A stretch of DNA of 49,170 bases from an uncultured delta proteobacterium (GCA_963776345.1 CAVZMH010000023.1:1-49170); one strand, 5' to 3'; positions 11,073 through 21,134 are shown, counted from the stretch's first letter. A program made the numbers and translations. Notes: a model not told the origin generated them from the sequence alone.

Positions 11073-11939
11073 GTGCCACCCGAACGCAACAAGCCGCGCA
11101 GCTTCGAGGTCGTGGTCACCGAGGTCATCCAGGAGACCCCGGACACGGTCACCCTGGTCCTCGACGCGCCCGAGATCCCTCCCTACCGCGCCGGGCAGTT
11201 CCTCACCATCGACCCCCACGTGTTCCCGGTCATCGCCGGTCAGGTGGCGTTCATCGAGCACCTGAAGGGGGACAAGAAGGAGCTGGTCCGGGCGTACTCG
11301 ATGGCCTCCGCGCCGCACGAGCCGCTCGCCATCACCATCAAGGAGGAGCCCTACCGTCCCGGTGACCTCCACGCTCCACTCCTCTCTCCGCTCCTGGTGC
11401 ACGGGACTCCTCGTGGCACGCACTTCCCGGTGGTGGGCTTCACCGGCCCGTACATCCTCCCCCCGGACGTCGAGCAGCGCACCGACCACATCGTCCATCT
11501 CGTGGCCGGCTCCGGCGTCGTCCCCAACTACAGCATCCTCAAGGGCGCGCTCCGCAGCCATCCCGACCTGCGCCACACCTTCATCGACACCAACAAGACC
11601 TGGAACGACATCATCTTCCGCGAGGGGCTGGCGCGACTCGCCGCCGAGTTTCCCGGGCGGCTGACCCTGGTCCACACGCTCACCCGGCAGAGCGACACCA
11701 CCGGGCTCCCCGCGGGCGTCCGCCAGGGCCGGGTCACCGCCGAGCTCCTCCGCGAGCTCGTGCCGGACACCGGCACGGCCATCGCCTACCTGTGCGGCCC
11801 GGCCATCGCCTCCTGGGACCGGAAGAAGGCGCTCGAGGAGGGCACCGCGCCCACGCCGCGATTCCTCGAGTCCACCGTGGCAAATCTGCAAGCGGTCGGC
11901 TTCACCCCGGCTCGCATCAAGCGCGAGGCGTACGGGTAG
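11073..11939 (+). CDS. Ferredoxin-NADP reductase-like FAD/NAD(P) oxidoreductase without an Fe-S domain
   Basis: GQFL, RAYS FAD motif, AGSGVVP, YLCGP, C-terminal EAYG. Confidence 0.85.
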   Translation: MPPERNKPRSFEVVVTEVIQETPDTVTLVLDAPEIPPYRAGQFLTIDPHVFPVIAGQVAFIEHLKGDKKELVRAYSMASAPHEPLAITIKEEPYRPGDLHAPLLSPLLVHGTPRGTHFPVVGFTGPYILPPDVEQRTDHIVHLVAGSGVVPNYSILKGALRSHPDLRHTFIDTNKTWNDIIFREGLARLAAEFPGRLTLVHTLTRQSDTTGLPAGVRQGRVTAELLRELVPDTGTAIAYLCGPAIASWDRKKALEEGTAPTPRFLESTVANLQAVGFTPARIKREAYG

Positions 11940-12030
11940 TCGAGCCAACCCTTCGAAATCCGGAGCGCCGGGCGTCGGCGCTGAGAGGCGAGGGGAGGCA
12001 CTGTCTGGCCGGGGCCGAATGACGTCCCCT

Positions 12031-12177
12031 GGAGGTGTCAAACACCTCCGAGCGAAGACCTCCGAGCGGGCCCCCGGGCGGGCGACGCGTCTCGACCGTG
12101 CCGGGAGTGTCAGACACCTCCGACCAGACACCTCCGACCCCACGTGGTGTCAAACACCTCCGAGGAACTCCTCGGAG
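12031..12177. repeat. REP/BIME-like cluster between convergent genes
   Basis: GGAGGTGT-CAA-ACACCTCC at 12031-12049; CAGACACCTCCGAC twice (12111, 12125); exact 16-mer at 12146; CTCCGAGG-AACT-CCTCGGAG hairpin at 12158-12177. Confidence 0.85.
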
Positions 12178-12221
12178 CGGGCCTCGGGCCGGTGTCGATC
12201 CAGCGAGGGCGGATCGGACCG

Positions 12222-13685
12222 CTAGGGACGGGCCTCAGCCGCCACCGCCCGTCCCGTCTCCAGCACCGTGTCGACAAGCAGGTCGAGGTCGTCGTCCAGG
12301 CTCCGGTGGTTCACGATCGCCAGCCGGATGACCGTCCGCCTCCGCAGCCGGGTGGTCGAGGGCACCGCGACCCCGGACTCCTGGATCCGCATCACCACCT
12401 CGGCGTTCAGCACGTCGAGCTGCTCGTCGGACAGCCCCCGGCCCCGGTAGCGGAACGTCACCACGTTGAGCGGCACCGGCGCGGTCAGCTCCAGCTCGGG
12501 CTCGCGACGCACCCTGGCCGCCACCCGCGCCGCCTGCTCCACGTTCTTCTCCACTGCCTGCCGCAGCCGATCCAGCCCGTGCTCCTGGAACGCCATCCAC
12601 GGGCCGAGCCCCCGGAACGGCCGGCTCAGCTCTGGCCCCAGCTCGTGGCCCGCGTACTCCACCGCCGAGACCCCGCGCGGATGCGGCGCCAGGTACGCCG
12701 CCGACGCCTGGAACGTCCGCCGGTGCGCCTCGGCATCCCGCACCAGCACGCAGCCCACGCCGTACGGAACCGCACCCCACTTGTGGAGGTCGAAGGCGAT
12801 GGAGTCCGCTCGCTCGAGGCCGCGCACCTGGTCGCGGAGCCGCGGCGACAGCCTGGCCCACGCCCCGAACGCCGCGTCGACGTGGAAGGCCAGCCCCCGC
12901 GCGCGCGCCAGGTCGGCCAGCGCCGGCAGCGGGTCGGTGGCGCCCGTGTTTACCGTGCCCGCGCTCCCCACCACGCAGAACGGCCGGTGGCCCGCGCGCA
13001 GGTCGGCGTCGATGGCCCGCTCCAGCGCGCCGACGTCCATCCGGAACCCGGTGTCCACCGGGACGCGCCGGAGCGAGCCGTTGCCGAGCCCGAGCACCGC
13101 GAAGGCCCGCGCCACCGAGCTGTGCGCCTCCTCGGACGCATAGCCCACCAGCCGCCCCGGCACGGACTGAAGCCCCTCGGCCTTCACCCCCGCCCCGCCC
13201 ACCCTGTCCCGTGCGACCTGGAGCCCGATCAGGTTCGCCAGGCTGCACCCGCTGGTGAGGAGCCCGCTCGCCGACGCCGGGAACCCCATCAGCTCCTTCA
13301 GCCAGCCGACGACCTGGGCCTCGACGTGCACCGCCGAGCTCTCCAGCCCCGAGAGGTTGCTGTTCATCGCCGCCCCGGCCAGCGCCGCCAGCGCCCCGGT
13401 CACCGTCCCCGTCCCCATCACCCGGGCCCAGAAGCGCGGGTGCACGTTCCCCAGCCGGTACGGCAGCACCGAGCGGCGGAGCTCCTCCCAGACCGCGTCG
13501 GCGCCGCGCCCCTCCAGCGGAGCGGGCTCGTGAAACCGCGCCTTCACCTCCGGCGGCAGCGGTGACCAGGCGGGTCCCTCCCGCACGTCGCGCAGCCCGT
13601 CGACCAGGACGTCGAGCATCCGGTGCCCGACCGACCGGACCGCCTCCCAGTCCGTCGGGTCCAGCGTCCGTCCCTCGTCGCTCAT
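12222..13685 (-). CDS. Group II PLP-dependent (aromatic amino acid-type) decarboxylase
   Basis: MSDEGRTLDP start; HPRF, AHSS, AGTVNTGATD, HVDAAFG and PLP-lysine motif DLHKW. Confidence 0.9.
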   Translation of the reverse strand: MSDEGRTLDPTDWEAVRSVGHRMLDVLVDGLRDVREGPAWSPLPPEVKARFHEPAPLEGRGADAVWEELRRSVLPYRLGNVHPRFWARVMGTGTVTGALAALAGAAMNSNLSGLESSAVHVEAQVVGWLKELMGFPASASGLLTSGCSLANLIGLQVARDRVGGAGVKAEGLQSVPGRLVGYASEEAHSSVARAFAVLGLGNGSLRRVPVDTGFRMDVGALERAIDADLRAGHRPFCVVGSAGTVNTGATDPLPALADLARARGLAFHVDAAFGAWARLSPRLRDQVRGLERADSIAFDLHKWGAVPYGVGCVLVRDAEAHRRTFQASAAYLAPHPRGVSAVEYAGHELGPELSRPFRGLGPWMAFQEHGLDRLRQAVEKNVEQAARVAARVRREPELELTAPVPLNVVTFRYRGRGLSDEQLDVLNAEVVMRIQESGVAVPSTTRLRRRTVIRLAIVNHRSLDDDLDLLVDTVLETGRAVAAEARP

Positions 13686-14509
13686 GCGGTCTCCAGGGCC
13701 CGCACCAGCGCCGGGCGAACGCCGGTGTCCGCTAGCAGCGCCTCGAGCCGCCTCCGCGCGTCCCGCCACTCGCCCCGGATCTTCCGCCCGAGGATGAGCT
13801 CGTTCTTCAGCGAGTGCTCCCAGCCGGTGAGCTCGGTCACCGTCACCGAGTACCCGTGCGCCTCCAGCACCAGCGCCCGGATGACGTTGGTCAGGTGCGA
13901 GCCGAACTCCCGCCGGTGCCAGGGATGGCCGGCCAGCGCCGCCAGCGCCGGCGAGGGCGGGGCGTTCTCCCGAAGCTGCCGGGCCACCTCCGCCTGACAG
14001 CACGGCACCACGGCCACGTGGTCCACCCCGTGGCGGATGGCCGCGGCCAGGGCGTCGTCCGTCGCCGTGTCGCAGGCGTGGAGCGCGGTCAGCAGATGAA
14101 ACCGCTCCGGCCACGGCGCCGAGGCCAGCGGCGCGGTCACGAACCGCATCCGCGAGAACCCGAGCCGCCGGGCCCGCTCCTCGCTCCGGGCGGTCAGCGC
14201 GGCCCTCGCCTCGATGGACACGAGCTCTCCCTTGTCCTGCCCCTTGAAGAACAGCTCGTACAGCACGAAGCCCAGGTAGGCGTTCCCGCTCCCGGCGTCG
14301 ACGACCAGCGGCTGGCCGAACCGGGCGAACACGTCCTCCAGCGCCGGCCGGAGCAGGCCCACCAGGTGGTTCACCTGCTTCAGCTTGCGGAGCGCGTCCG
14401 CGTTCAGGTCCCCGCCGCGGGTGAGCAGATGCAGCTCGTGCAGCAGCTCGGGCGACTGCTCGGGGAGGAGCTCGCGCCGGACCTCGGCCGCTTTGATCTT
14501 CTGTCTCAA
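13682..14509 (-). CDS. SAM-dependent methyltransferase (Methyltransf_32-like); start uncertain
   Basis: VDAGSGNAYLGF, LHACDTATD, VPCC and SLKN motifs; tentative TTG start at 14509; ATGA overlap with the decarboxylase. Confidence 0.8.
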   Translation of the reverse strand: MRQKIKAAEVRRELLPEQSPELLHELHLLTRGGDLNADALRKLKQVNHLVGLLRPALEDVFARFGQPLVVDAGSGNAYLGFVLYELFFKGQDKGELVSIEARAALTARSEERARRLGFSRMRFVTAPLASAPWPERFHLLTALHACDTATDDALAAAIRHGVDHVAVVPCCQAEVARQLRENAPPSPALAALAGHPWHRREFGSHLTNVIRALVLEAHGYSVTVTELTGWEHSLKNELILGRKIRGEWRDARRRLEALLADTGVRPALVRALETA

Positions 14510-14556
14510 GACTGGAGCGCGACCGGCCGAGGCCTCTGCCCCCCCGGGCCGCAGGG

Positions 14557-15114
14557 CTAGACCGGGACGACCTCGACCACCTCGGGCACCACCTCGCGGA
14601 GGCGGTTCTCGATCCCCATCTTCAGGGTCATGGTGGAGGACGGGCAGCCGGCGCACGAGCCGCGCATGTGCAGGTAGGCCACCCCGTTCTCGAACCGGTC
14701 GAGCGTGATGTCACCGCCGTCCTGCATCACCGCGGGGCGGATCTCGAGATCCAGGATCTGCCGGATCCGCTCCTCCACCTCGGTGCCGCTCGCCTGTGAG
14801 CCCAGCTCGTCGACGGCCCCCGGGGCGATGACCGGCTCGTTCGCGCCCAGGTGGGCGTCCAGCGTGGCCATCACCGCGTCGTTGAGCACGTCCCACTCGC
14901 CTGCCTCGCCCTTGGTGACGGTGACGAAGTTGCTGCCGAGCATCACCCCTCGCACGCCCTCGATGCCCATGAGCTTCGAGGCCAGCGGGGAACGGGCCGA
15001 CGCTCCCTCGGGGCTGGTGAAGTTCATGGCCCCGCGCGGCACCAGGGTGCGGTCCACCACGTACTTGAGGGTGCTCGGGTTGGGGGTCCACTCCAGCTGG
15101 ATGTTCACGGACAT
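14557..15114 (-). CDS. Nfu/NifU-family Fe-S carrier (Nfu_N plus NifU C domains)
   Basis: TPNPSTLKY, IRPAVMQDGGDI and GSCAGCPSS (CxxC) motifs. Confidence 0.92.
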   Translation of the reverse strand: MSVNIQLEWTPNPSTLKYVVDRTLVPRGAMNFTSPEGASARSPLASKLMGIEGVRGVMLGSNFVTVTKGEAGEWDVLNDAVMATLDAHLGANEPVIAPGAVDELGSQASGTEVEERIRQILDLEIRPAVMQDGGDITLDRFENGVAYLHMRGSCAGCPSSTMTLKMGIENRLREVVPEVVEVVPV

Positions 15115-15171
15115 GCCCGACCTTTAAGGCCGTGGCGTCTCGACTTCAACCGGCGAGGGCTCGGGCGGAGA

Positions 15172-15233
15172 ACGTGGCGTCGCTTTCTCCCCCCCGGGAG
15201 CCCTCCCTTGGGCCGGCGGAAGCGACGCCACGT
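15172..15233. other. Perfect 14-bp inverted repeat (hairpin) between CHAT1 and the Nfu gene
   Basis: ACGTGGCGTCGCTT (15172-15185) and AAGCGACGCCACGT (15220-15233), 34-nt loop. Confidence 0.6.
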
Positions 15234-15274
15234 CCCCTCGTCGCCTCATGAACGCTCGACCGCCCGGTTTTCCC

Positions 15275-17911
15275 TCACCCACCCCGTTGTCGTCGCAACC
15301 ACCGGCCTGCGCCCAGCCCGGCGAAGGCCAGGACGACCCCCGTGAGCACCAGGGGAACGGTGGCCGGAGCCTCCCTCGCCCGCGGCCGGCCCTGGGCATC
15401 CCCGAGCAGAACCACCCCGGCCCAGGCCGCAGGGGGGGCCCCTTCCTGGATGCGCTCACGCTTCGCCGCCACCACCGCCTCGCCGATGGTCACCCCCCGT
15501 CCCAGGGCCCGGTACATCGAGGCGAAGAACAGGCCTGCGTCGTCGTCCCGCGCCCGGTCCAGCGTGCCCACCACCGCCGTGGCCCCCGCGCTGAAGAAGG
15601 CACGGGCCAGGCTCATCACCCCCTCCCCCCGAAACACCGGTCCGGCGGACGTCTCGCACCCGGCGAGGACCACCGTCCTGCCCCCCAGCGGCAGCCGGGC
15701 AATCTCCCGCGGCTCGAGCCGGCCGTCCTCCGCCGGGCCGCCCGGCGCCAGCACCACCGCCGAATGCTCGGGGTCCCGTTCGTCGGCGATGGCGTGTGTG
15801 GCGAGGTGCAACAGCGAGATGCCGTCCAGGCTCGCCGACTTGAGGAACGCCTCCGAGGCCGGCGGGCCGGTGCGGAGCTCGCTGCCAGCGGGGAAGGCCG
15901 ACAGCGCCACCTCGGCCTCGTGCCGGGCATTCACCAATGCACCCACGACCTCGGTCGCGTCCCGGCGAACCGCTCGGCGCGCCGACGGGTCCGCCGGGTC
16001 CGCGAGGACCAGGACCTTGCCGGGAGGTAGCCGGGGAGCCGCGCGGAATCGCAGCCACAGCGACGCCGAGGGCGAGATCGACACCCCGAACCGCTCGGCG
16101 AGGTACGGCGTGCCCGGGCCGCCGGACAGCGCATCGAAGGGAAGCCGGTGCAGCGGCCCGTCCGGGACGATGACCAGCCGCTCGACGCTGGGCGGCAGGA
16201 CGGCGAGCGCCGGGCCGAGGAGCTCGTCGTACAGCCGGGCCCCCGCCGCGCGGTCGGAGCCATCCCGGCGGACCAGCAAGCCGGTCCAGGCCCGGACTTG
16301 CGGCTCGAGCACGTCGGCGTTGGGAACCCGGAAGAGTCGGGCACCATCGGACGTCACCAGGGTGAGCCATGAGCTTCCTTCCCGGAATGGCGCGGCCATG
16401 GTCGGCTCCGGGCGCCACACCTGGAAGGAGAGCAGGGCCTCTCGTGGATCCAGCTCGGCCTGGATCTGAGCGAGCGTCGGGGGCCGAACCGAAGCCGAGG
16501 CTGGTCGGACCGAGCCATTCCGCTCCTCCGCCAGCAGCGTCTCCATCAATCCCCTGGCGCGGAGCCGCTCCATCACCTGGAATGCCTCGTCCAGCGCCGA
16601 GACGTCATCCGGAGCCCGGGACGCCGCCAGATCCCCAGCCAGCGACCGGTAGGCGAAGGAGAGCGACTCGGCGTAGCGCAGCCGCATCGGGATCTCGCTC
16701 TCCCCTTCCCGGAGCTGCTCCGCCAGATCCAGGGCGGCGAGCCCCTCGGCCCGCGCCAGAGAAGACTGACCCAGCCGGAAGCGGATCCGCGAGCGCAGGA
16801 CCAGGCCTCCCAAGCTCCCGAGATCGTCGTCGGACGCGTCCTCGATTGCCTCCTCGGACACCCGGAGGGCCTCCTCCAGCTGGGGAGGGTCCGCCGTGGC
16901 CAGCAGCTCGGCCAGCGACAGCTCGGCCCAGACGGGGTTGGTCCAGCCGGCACGGGCCCGGTACCCGGCGAGGGCCGAGCGGAGCAGGAGGAAGGACTCG
17001 GGCGTGGGTCCGAGCAGCAGCGCGAGTTGGATGCGCGCCGGGAGATAGCCAATCTGCGGGTACCACAGAGCGAGCCCCGCCCGTTCCTGCAGCTCCAGCG
17101 CCTCGCGGACCAGTCTCTCCGCGTTCTCCCGGCTCTCGATCCCCTGCAGCGCGAGGTGCACCGTCGCCGAGGCAACGCCCCCGAGCGCCAGCGCCCGTCG
17201 CGGATCGCCTGGCGCGAGGCTGTCCACCATCTCCCGGGAGAGCACGCGCGCCCGGTGGTAGTCCCGCACCTTGGCGGCGAAGTGCGCACGGAGCTCGAGG
17301 CTCTCCAGCTTGAGGAAGGCGGAGGCCGGCTCCCCGAGCGCCAGGAGCCTCGACGCGCTCGCCTCCGCAGCCACGAGGCTCTCCGTGACCAGGGCCACCT
17401 TCATCCGCCAGATCTCCCACCGCTGCAGCAGGACGAGCTCTCCCGAGGCACGCGCCAGCTCGCCGGCGCGCCCGAGCAGCGCGCGTGCCTGCTCGTCGCA
17501 TGTCGCCGGGTAGACGCACCTGGCGGACACGTGCGAGGTCAGCGCGTAGACCTCTCCGGTCACGTCGTGCTCGCGGACGAACCCCTTCGCGGCCAGGGCG
17601 TACTCGCGCTCGTCCGCCGCGTCCCCTGCGAGGTGGTGCAGGATCGCCCGGTAGAGCCTGGGCCGCGGGTCCTCCGGGTCACGCCGGAGCCGCGACTCGA
17701 GAACCCGGAGCACCTCGTCCCTTTGTGTGAACCGATGCGGCAAGAGACACTCGTAGCCGTCCAGCGAGCGCGGCTCCCGCCGCACGAGGGCCTCGCACTC
17801 GGCCACGCTGCGGACGCGCTGCGCCCAGGCTGGACTGCTCACCCCCGCAACCGCGAGGACCAGCCCCCACACGGACGCGGGGACAATGGCTGGCAAGAAC
17901 CACCGGTTCAT
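15275..17911 (-). CDS. CHAT-domain (caspase-like) protease 1 with signal peptide, helical TPR-like region and C-terminal membrane anchor
   Basis: IVPDGPLHRLPFDAL, HLATHA (His), VVLAGCET (Cys), GEGVMSLARAFFSAGA and WAGVVLLGD motifs; signal-like N-terminus ending PAWA; hydrophobic C-terminal helix followed by RWLRRQR. Confidence 0.9.
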   Translation of the reverse strand: MNRWFLPAIVPASVWGLVLAVAGVSSPAWAQRVRSVAECEALVRREPRSLDGYECLLPHRFTQRDEVLRVLESRLRRDPEDPRPRLYRAILHHLAGDAADEREYALAAKGFVREHDVTGEVYALTSHVSARCVYPATCDEQARALLGRAGELARASGELVLLQRWEIWRMKVALVTESLVAAEASASRLLALGEPASAFLKLESLELRAHFAAKVRDYHRARVLSREMVDSLAPGDPRRALALGGVASATVHLALQGIESRENAERLVREALELQERAGLALWYPQIGYLPARIQLALLLGPTPESFLLLRSALAGYRARAGWTNPVWAELSLAELLATADPPQLEEALRVSEEAIEDASDDDLGSLGGLVLRSRIRFRLGQSSLARAEGLAALDLAEQLREGESEIPMRLRYAESLSFAYRSLAGDLAASRAPDDVSALDEAFQVMERLRARGLMETLLAEERNGSVRPASASVRPPTLAQIQAELDPREALLSFQVWRPEPTMAAPFREGSSWLTLVTSDGARLFRVPNADVLEPQVRAWTGLLVRRDGSDRAAGARLYDELLGPALAVLPPSVERLVIVPDGPLHRLPFDALSGGPGTPYLAERFGVSISPSASLWLRFRAAPRLPPGKVLVLADPADPSARRAVRRDATEVVGALVNARHEAEVALSAFPAGSELRTGPPASEAFLKSASLDGISLLHLATHAIADERDPEHSAVVLAPGGPAEDGRLEPREIARLPLGGRTVVLAGCETSAGPVFRGEGVMSLARAFFSAGATAVVGTLDRARDDDAGLFFASMYRALGRGVTIGEAVVAAKRERIQEGAPPAAWAGVVLLGDAQGRPRAREAPATVPLVLTGVVLAFAGLGAGRWLRRQRGG

Positions 17912-17923
17912 CGCGTCGAGAGG

Positions 17924-20570
17924 TTACCTCCGTGAGTTGGACCGGGCGGTTCGTCGCCAAGAGCGGCCCGCCCCCAGCCCGGCGACGGCCAGGGCGACCC
18001 CGGCGAGCCCCATCGCAAGGGCGCCCGGGGTCTCTCGCTCACGCGGCCGGGCCTGGGCATCCCCGAGGAGCACCACCTCCGCCCACGCCGCCGGCGGGGC
18101 CCCCTGGCGGATGGCCTCGCGCTTCGCCGCCACCACCGCCTCGCCGACGCTCGAGCCGCGGCCCAGGGCCCGGTACATCGAGGAGAAGAACACGCCGGCC
18201 TCGTCGTCCCGGACCCGGTCCAGCGTTCCCACCACCGCCGTGGCGCCCGCGCTGAAGAACGCCCGCGCGAGGCTCATCACCCCCTCGCCGCGGAAGACCG
18301 CTCCGGCGGAAGTCTCGCACCCGGCGAGGACCACCGTCTTCCCGCGCAGGGGAAGCCGGGCGATCTCCCGCGGCTCGAGCCGGCCGTCCTCCGACGGGCT
18401 GCCGGGAGCCAGCACCACCGCGGCGTGCTCGGGCTCCCGCTCGTCGGCGATGGCGTGCGTGGCGAGGTGCAGCAGCGAGACGCCGTCGAGGCTCGCCGAC
18501 TTGAGGAAGGACTCCGAGGCCGGCGGGCCGGTCCGGAGCTCTCCCCCGGTCGGGAAGGCCGACAGCGCCACCTCGGCCTCGTCCCGGGCGTGCACCAGAG
18601 CACCGAACACCCCGGTCGAGTCGCGGCGGATCGCAAGGCGCGCCGACGGTTCTGCCGGGTCCGCGAGGACCAGGACCTTGCCGGGAGGCAACCGGGGAGC
18701 CGCGCGGAAGCGGAGCCACAGCGACGCCGAGGGCGCGATCGACACCCCGAACCGCTCGACGAGGTACGGCGTGCCCGGGCCGCCAGACAGCGCATCGAAG
18801 GGGAGCCGGTGCAGCGGCCCGTCGGGGACGATGACCAGCCGGTCGATGCTCGGCGGAAGGGAGGCGAGCGCCGGCGCGAGGAGCTCCTGCTGGAGCCTCA
18901 GCCCCGCTGCGCGGTCGGACCCGTCCCGGCGCTCGAGCAATCCCGTCCAGGCGCGGATCTGCGGCTCCAGCACCTCGGCGCCGGGGACGGGGAAGGCATC
19001 CACCCGCTCGGGGGTCACCACCGTCACCCACGAGCTCCCCTCCCGGTAGGGAGCGTCGATCGTCGGGTCGGGCCGCCAGACCTGGAACGAGAGCAGCGCC
19101 TCCCCGGGCCCGAGCTCGGCCCGGACCTGGGCGAGCGTGGGCGGCTGCACCGGGAGCGGCTCGCCGTCGCGGCCGTCGGCGAGGAGCGTCTCCATCAGCC
19201 CCCGCGCCCGCAGCCGCTCCATCACCTGGAAGGCGTCGTCGATCGCGGGGAGGTCACCGGGAGGGCGATACCGGATGACCGCCCCGGCGAGCGACTGGTA
19301 GGCGAAGGAGAGCGACTCGGCGTACCGGAGCCGGACCGCCATCGCGCGCTGGTGCTCCCGGAGGCGCTCGGCGTGGTCGAGCGCGGCGAGGCCGTCGGCC
19401 AGTCCGAGGGAGAGCTCCCCGCGCCGGAACCGCATCCGCGAGCGAAGGACCAGCGCGCGCGCCTGCTCGAAGTCGCCCCCGAGCTGGAATGCGCCCTCGA
19501 CCGCGTCCTGGGCCACCTGCATCGCTTCCTCGAGCCTCGGTGGCTCCGCGGTGGCGAGCAGCTCGGCCAGCGTCAGCCTCGGGTAGAGCGGGGTCCGCCA
19601 CGAGCTGCGGGCGAGCTGAGCGGCGAGCGTGGAGCGGAGCAGCGAGAAGGATTCCTCCGTGGGGCCGAGCAGGAGCGCGAGCTGCATCCGCGAGGCCAGG
19701 TAGCCCGTCTCCCGGTACAGGAGCGGGAGGCCAGCGCGCTCCTGCTCGGCGATGGCCTGCCGGACCAGCCGCTCGGCGGTCTCCCGGCTCTCGAGCCGCT
19801 GCAGCGCCAGGTGCACCGTCGCCGCGGCCAGTCCGCCGAGCGCCACCGGGCGCCGCGGATCGTCCAGATCGAGCGCCTGGTGCAGCTCCGCGTAGAGGGT
19901 CCGCTGCCGCGCGTAGTCCAGCAGCAGCGTCGCCAGATGAGCCCGGGCCTGGAGGGCCTCCGAGTTCACCCACGCCGACGCCGGCGGGCCGAGCGCCAGG
20001 AGCCGCTCCTCGCTGGCCTCGGCCGCCTCCAGGTCGTCGAGCGCGAAGGCCACCTTCAAGGTCCAGATCTCCACCACCTGCCGGAGATCCAACCTGCCGG
20101 AGGTCCGGGCGAGCTCCCCGGCGCGCCGGAGCAGGGCGCGCGCCTCGTCGTCGCAGACCAGCCGACCGATGCAGCGGGCCGAGAGGAGCGAGGTGATGGC
20201 GTAGATCTCGCCGGCGGCCTCGTGCTCGCGGCGGAAGCCGTCGATCGCCACCCGCCACTCGCGCTCGTCCACGCCCTCTCCGGCGAGCGTCCGGATGATG
20301 CCCGCGTACAGGTGCGGCCGGGGATTCCGCGGATCGCGGCGGACCTGCGCGTCGAGGAACCGGAGGATCTCGGCCCGGTCGTCCATCTGAGTACCGGAAG
20401 AGGCAGATGTACCCGTCGAGCGCGCGGGGATCGCGCCGCGTCTCTTGCTCGCACTCCGCGATCTGGCCGTGGGCCTCTGCACGTGCAATCCCGTGGGCAC
20501 CTGGACCGGGGAGGAGCAGCACCCACAGTCCGAAAACCCGGACGATCGCTGGAAAAAACCGCGAGCCCAT
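17924..20570 (-). CDS. CHAT-domain protease 2, paralogue of CHAT1, with an apparent 1-bp frameshift near 20390
   Basis: N-terminus from ATG 20570 (MGSRFFPAIV...AECEQETRRDPRALDGYICL) aligns with CHAT1, and the remainder continues in another frame (QMDDRAEIL...); same His/Cys motifs and C-terminal anchor. Confidence 0.85.
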
Positions 20571-20624
20571 CGTGTTCGCGGAGGTTACCCGAAGCGGAAC
20601 CCTGTGTTACCTGGGTCGCGCTGA

Positions 20625-21134
20625 ATGACTCGTAGGCAGGGGGGCGACGACGGCCCCCAGGGTCCAGACGCGGGCAGCATCGAACGGATCCGCGAGGTCC
20701 TGATCCGTGCAGTGGAGCGGCACTGCCCGCCCGCACTCGCCGCGCACCGCGAGGATCTGGTCCAGATGGCCCTCGTCCGCCTGCTGGAGCGACCTGCCGG
20801 TGAGGGAACCGCCGCCCGAGGAGCGTCTTACCTCTGGAGAGTCGCGTACACGGTGGTCATCGACGAGATCCGCCGGTTCCGCCGGCAGCAGCGCCAGGCC
20901 GAGCAGCTGGCGGCCGGCGAACGGGGGGCGCCCGGGCCGGAGGCACGCTCGGAGATCCGCGACTGCCTCGGCGGGCTTCAGGAAAGGCGCCGCACCGCCG
21001 TCACCTTGCATCTGCAAGGGTTTCGCACCGCGGAGATCGCCACCGCGCTCGGATGGACCGAGAAGCAGGCCGAGAACCTCGTGTATCGGGGCCTGGCGGA
21101 CCTCCGTGAATGCCTCGAGGGGGGAGAGACATGA
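20625..21134 (+). CDS. ECF-type RNA polymerase sigma factor
   Basis: Region 2 EDLVQMAL...YLWRVAYTVVIDEIRR; region 4 HTH TAEIATALGWTEKQAENLVYRGLADLR; 169 aa. Confidence 0.92.
   Translation: MTRRQGGDDGPQGPDAGSIERIREVLIRAVERHCPPALAAHREDLVQMALVRLLERPAGEGTAARGASYLWRVAYTVVIDEIRRFRRQQRQAEQLAAGERGAPGPEARSEIRDCLGGLQERRRTAVTLHLQGFRTAEIATALGWTEKQAENLVYRGLADLRECLEGGET

Noticed and set aside
5855..12177. GAGGTGTC-containing repeat clusters as a CRISPR array
   Set aside because: Units are 15-20 bp, irregularly spaced, lack unique spacers of constant length and are dispersed; no cas genes
20391..20500. ORF-track N-terminus MPTGLHVQ... for CHAT2
   Set aside because: The homologous N-terminus is in another frame starting at 20570
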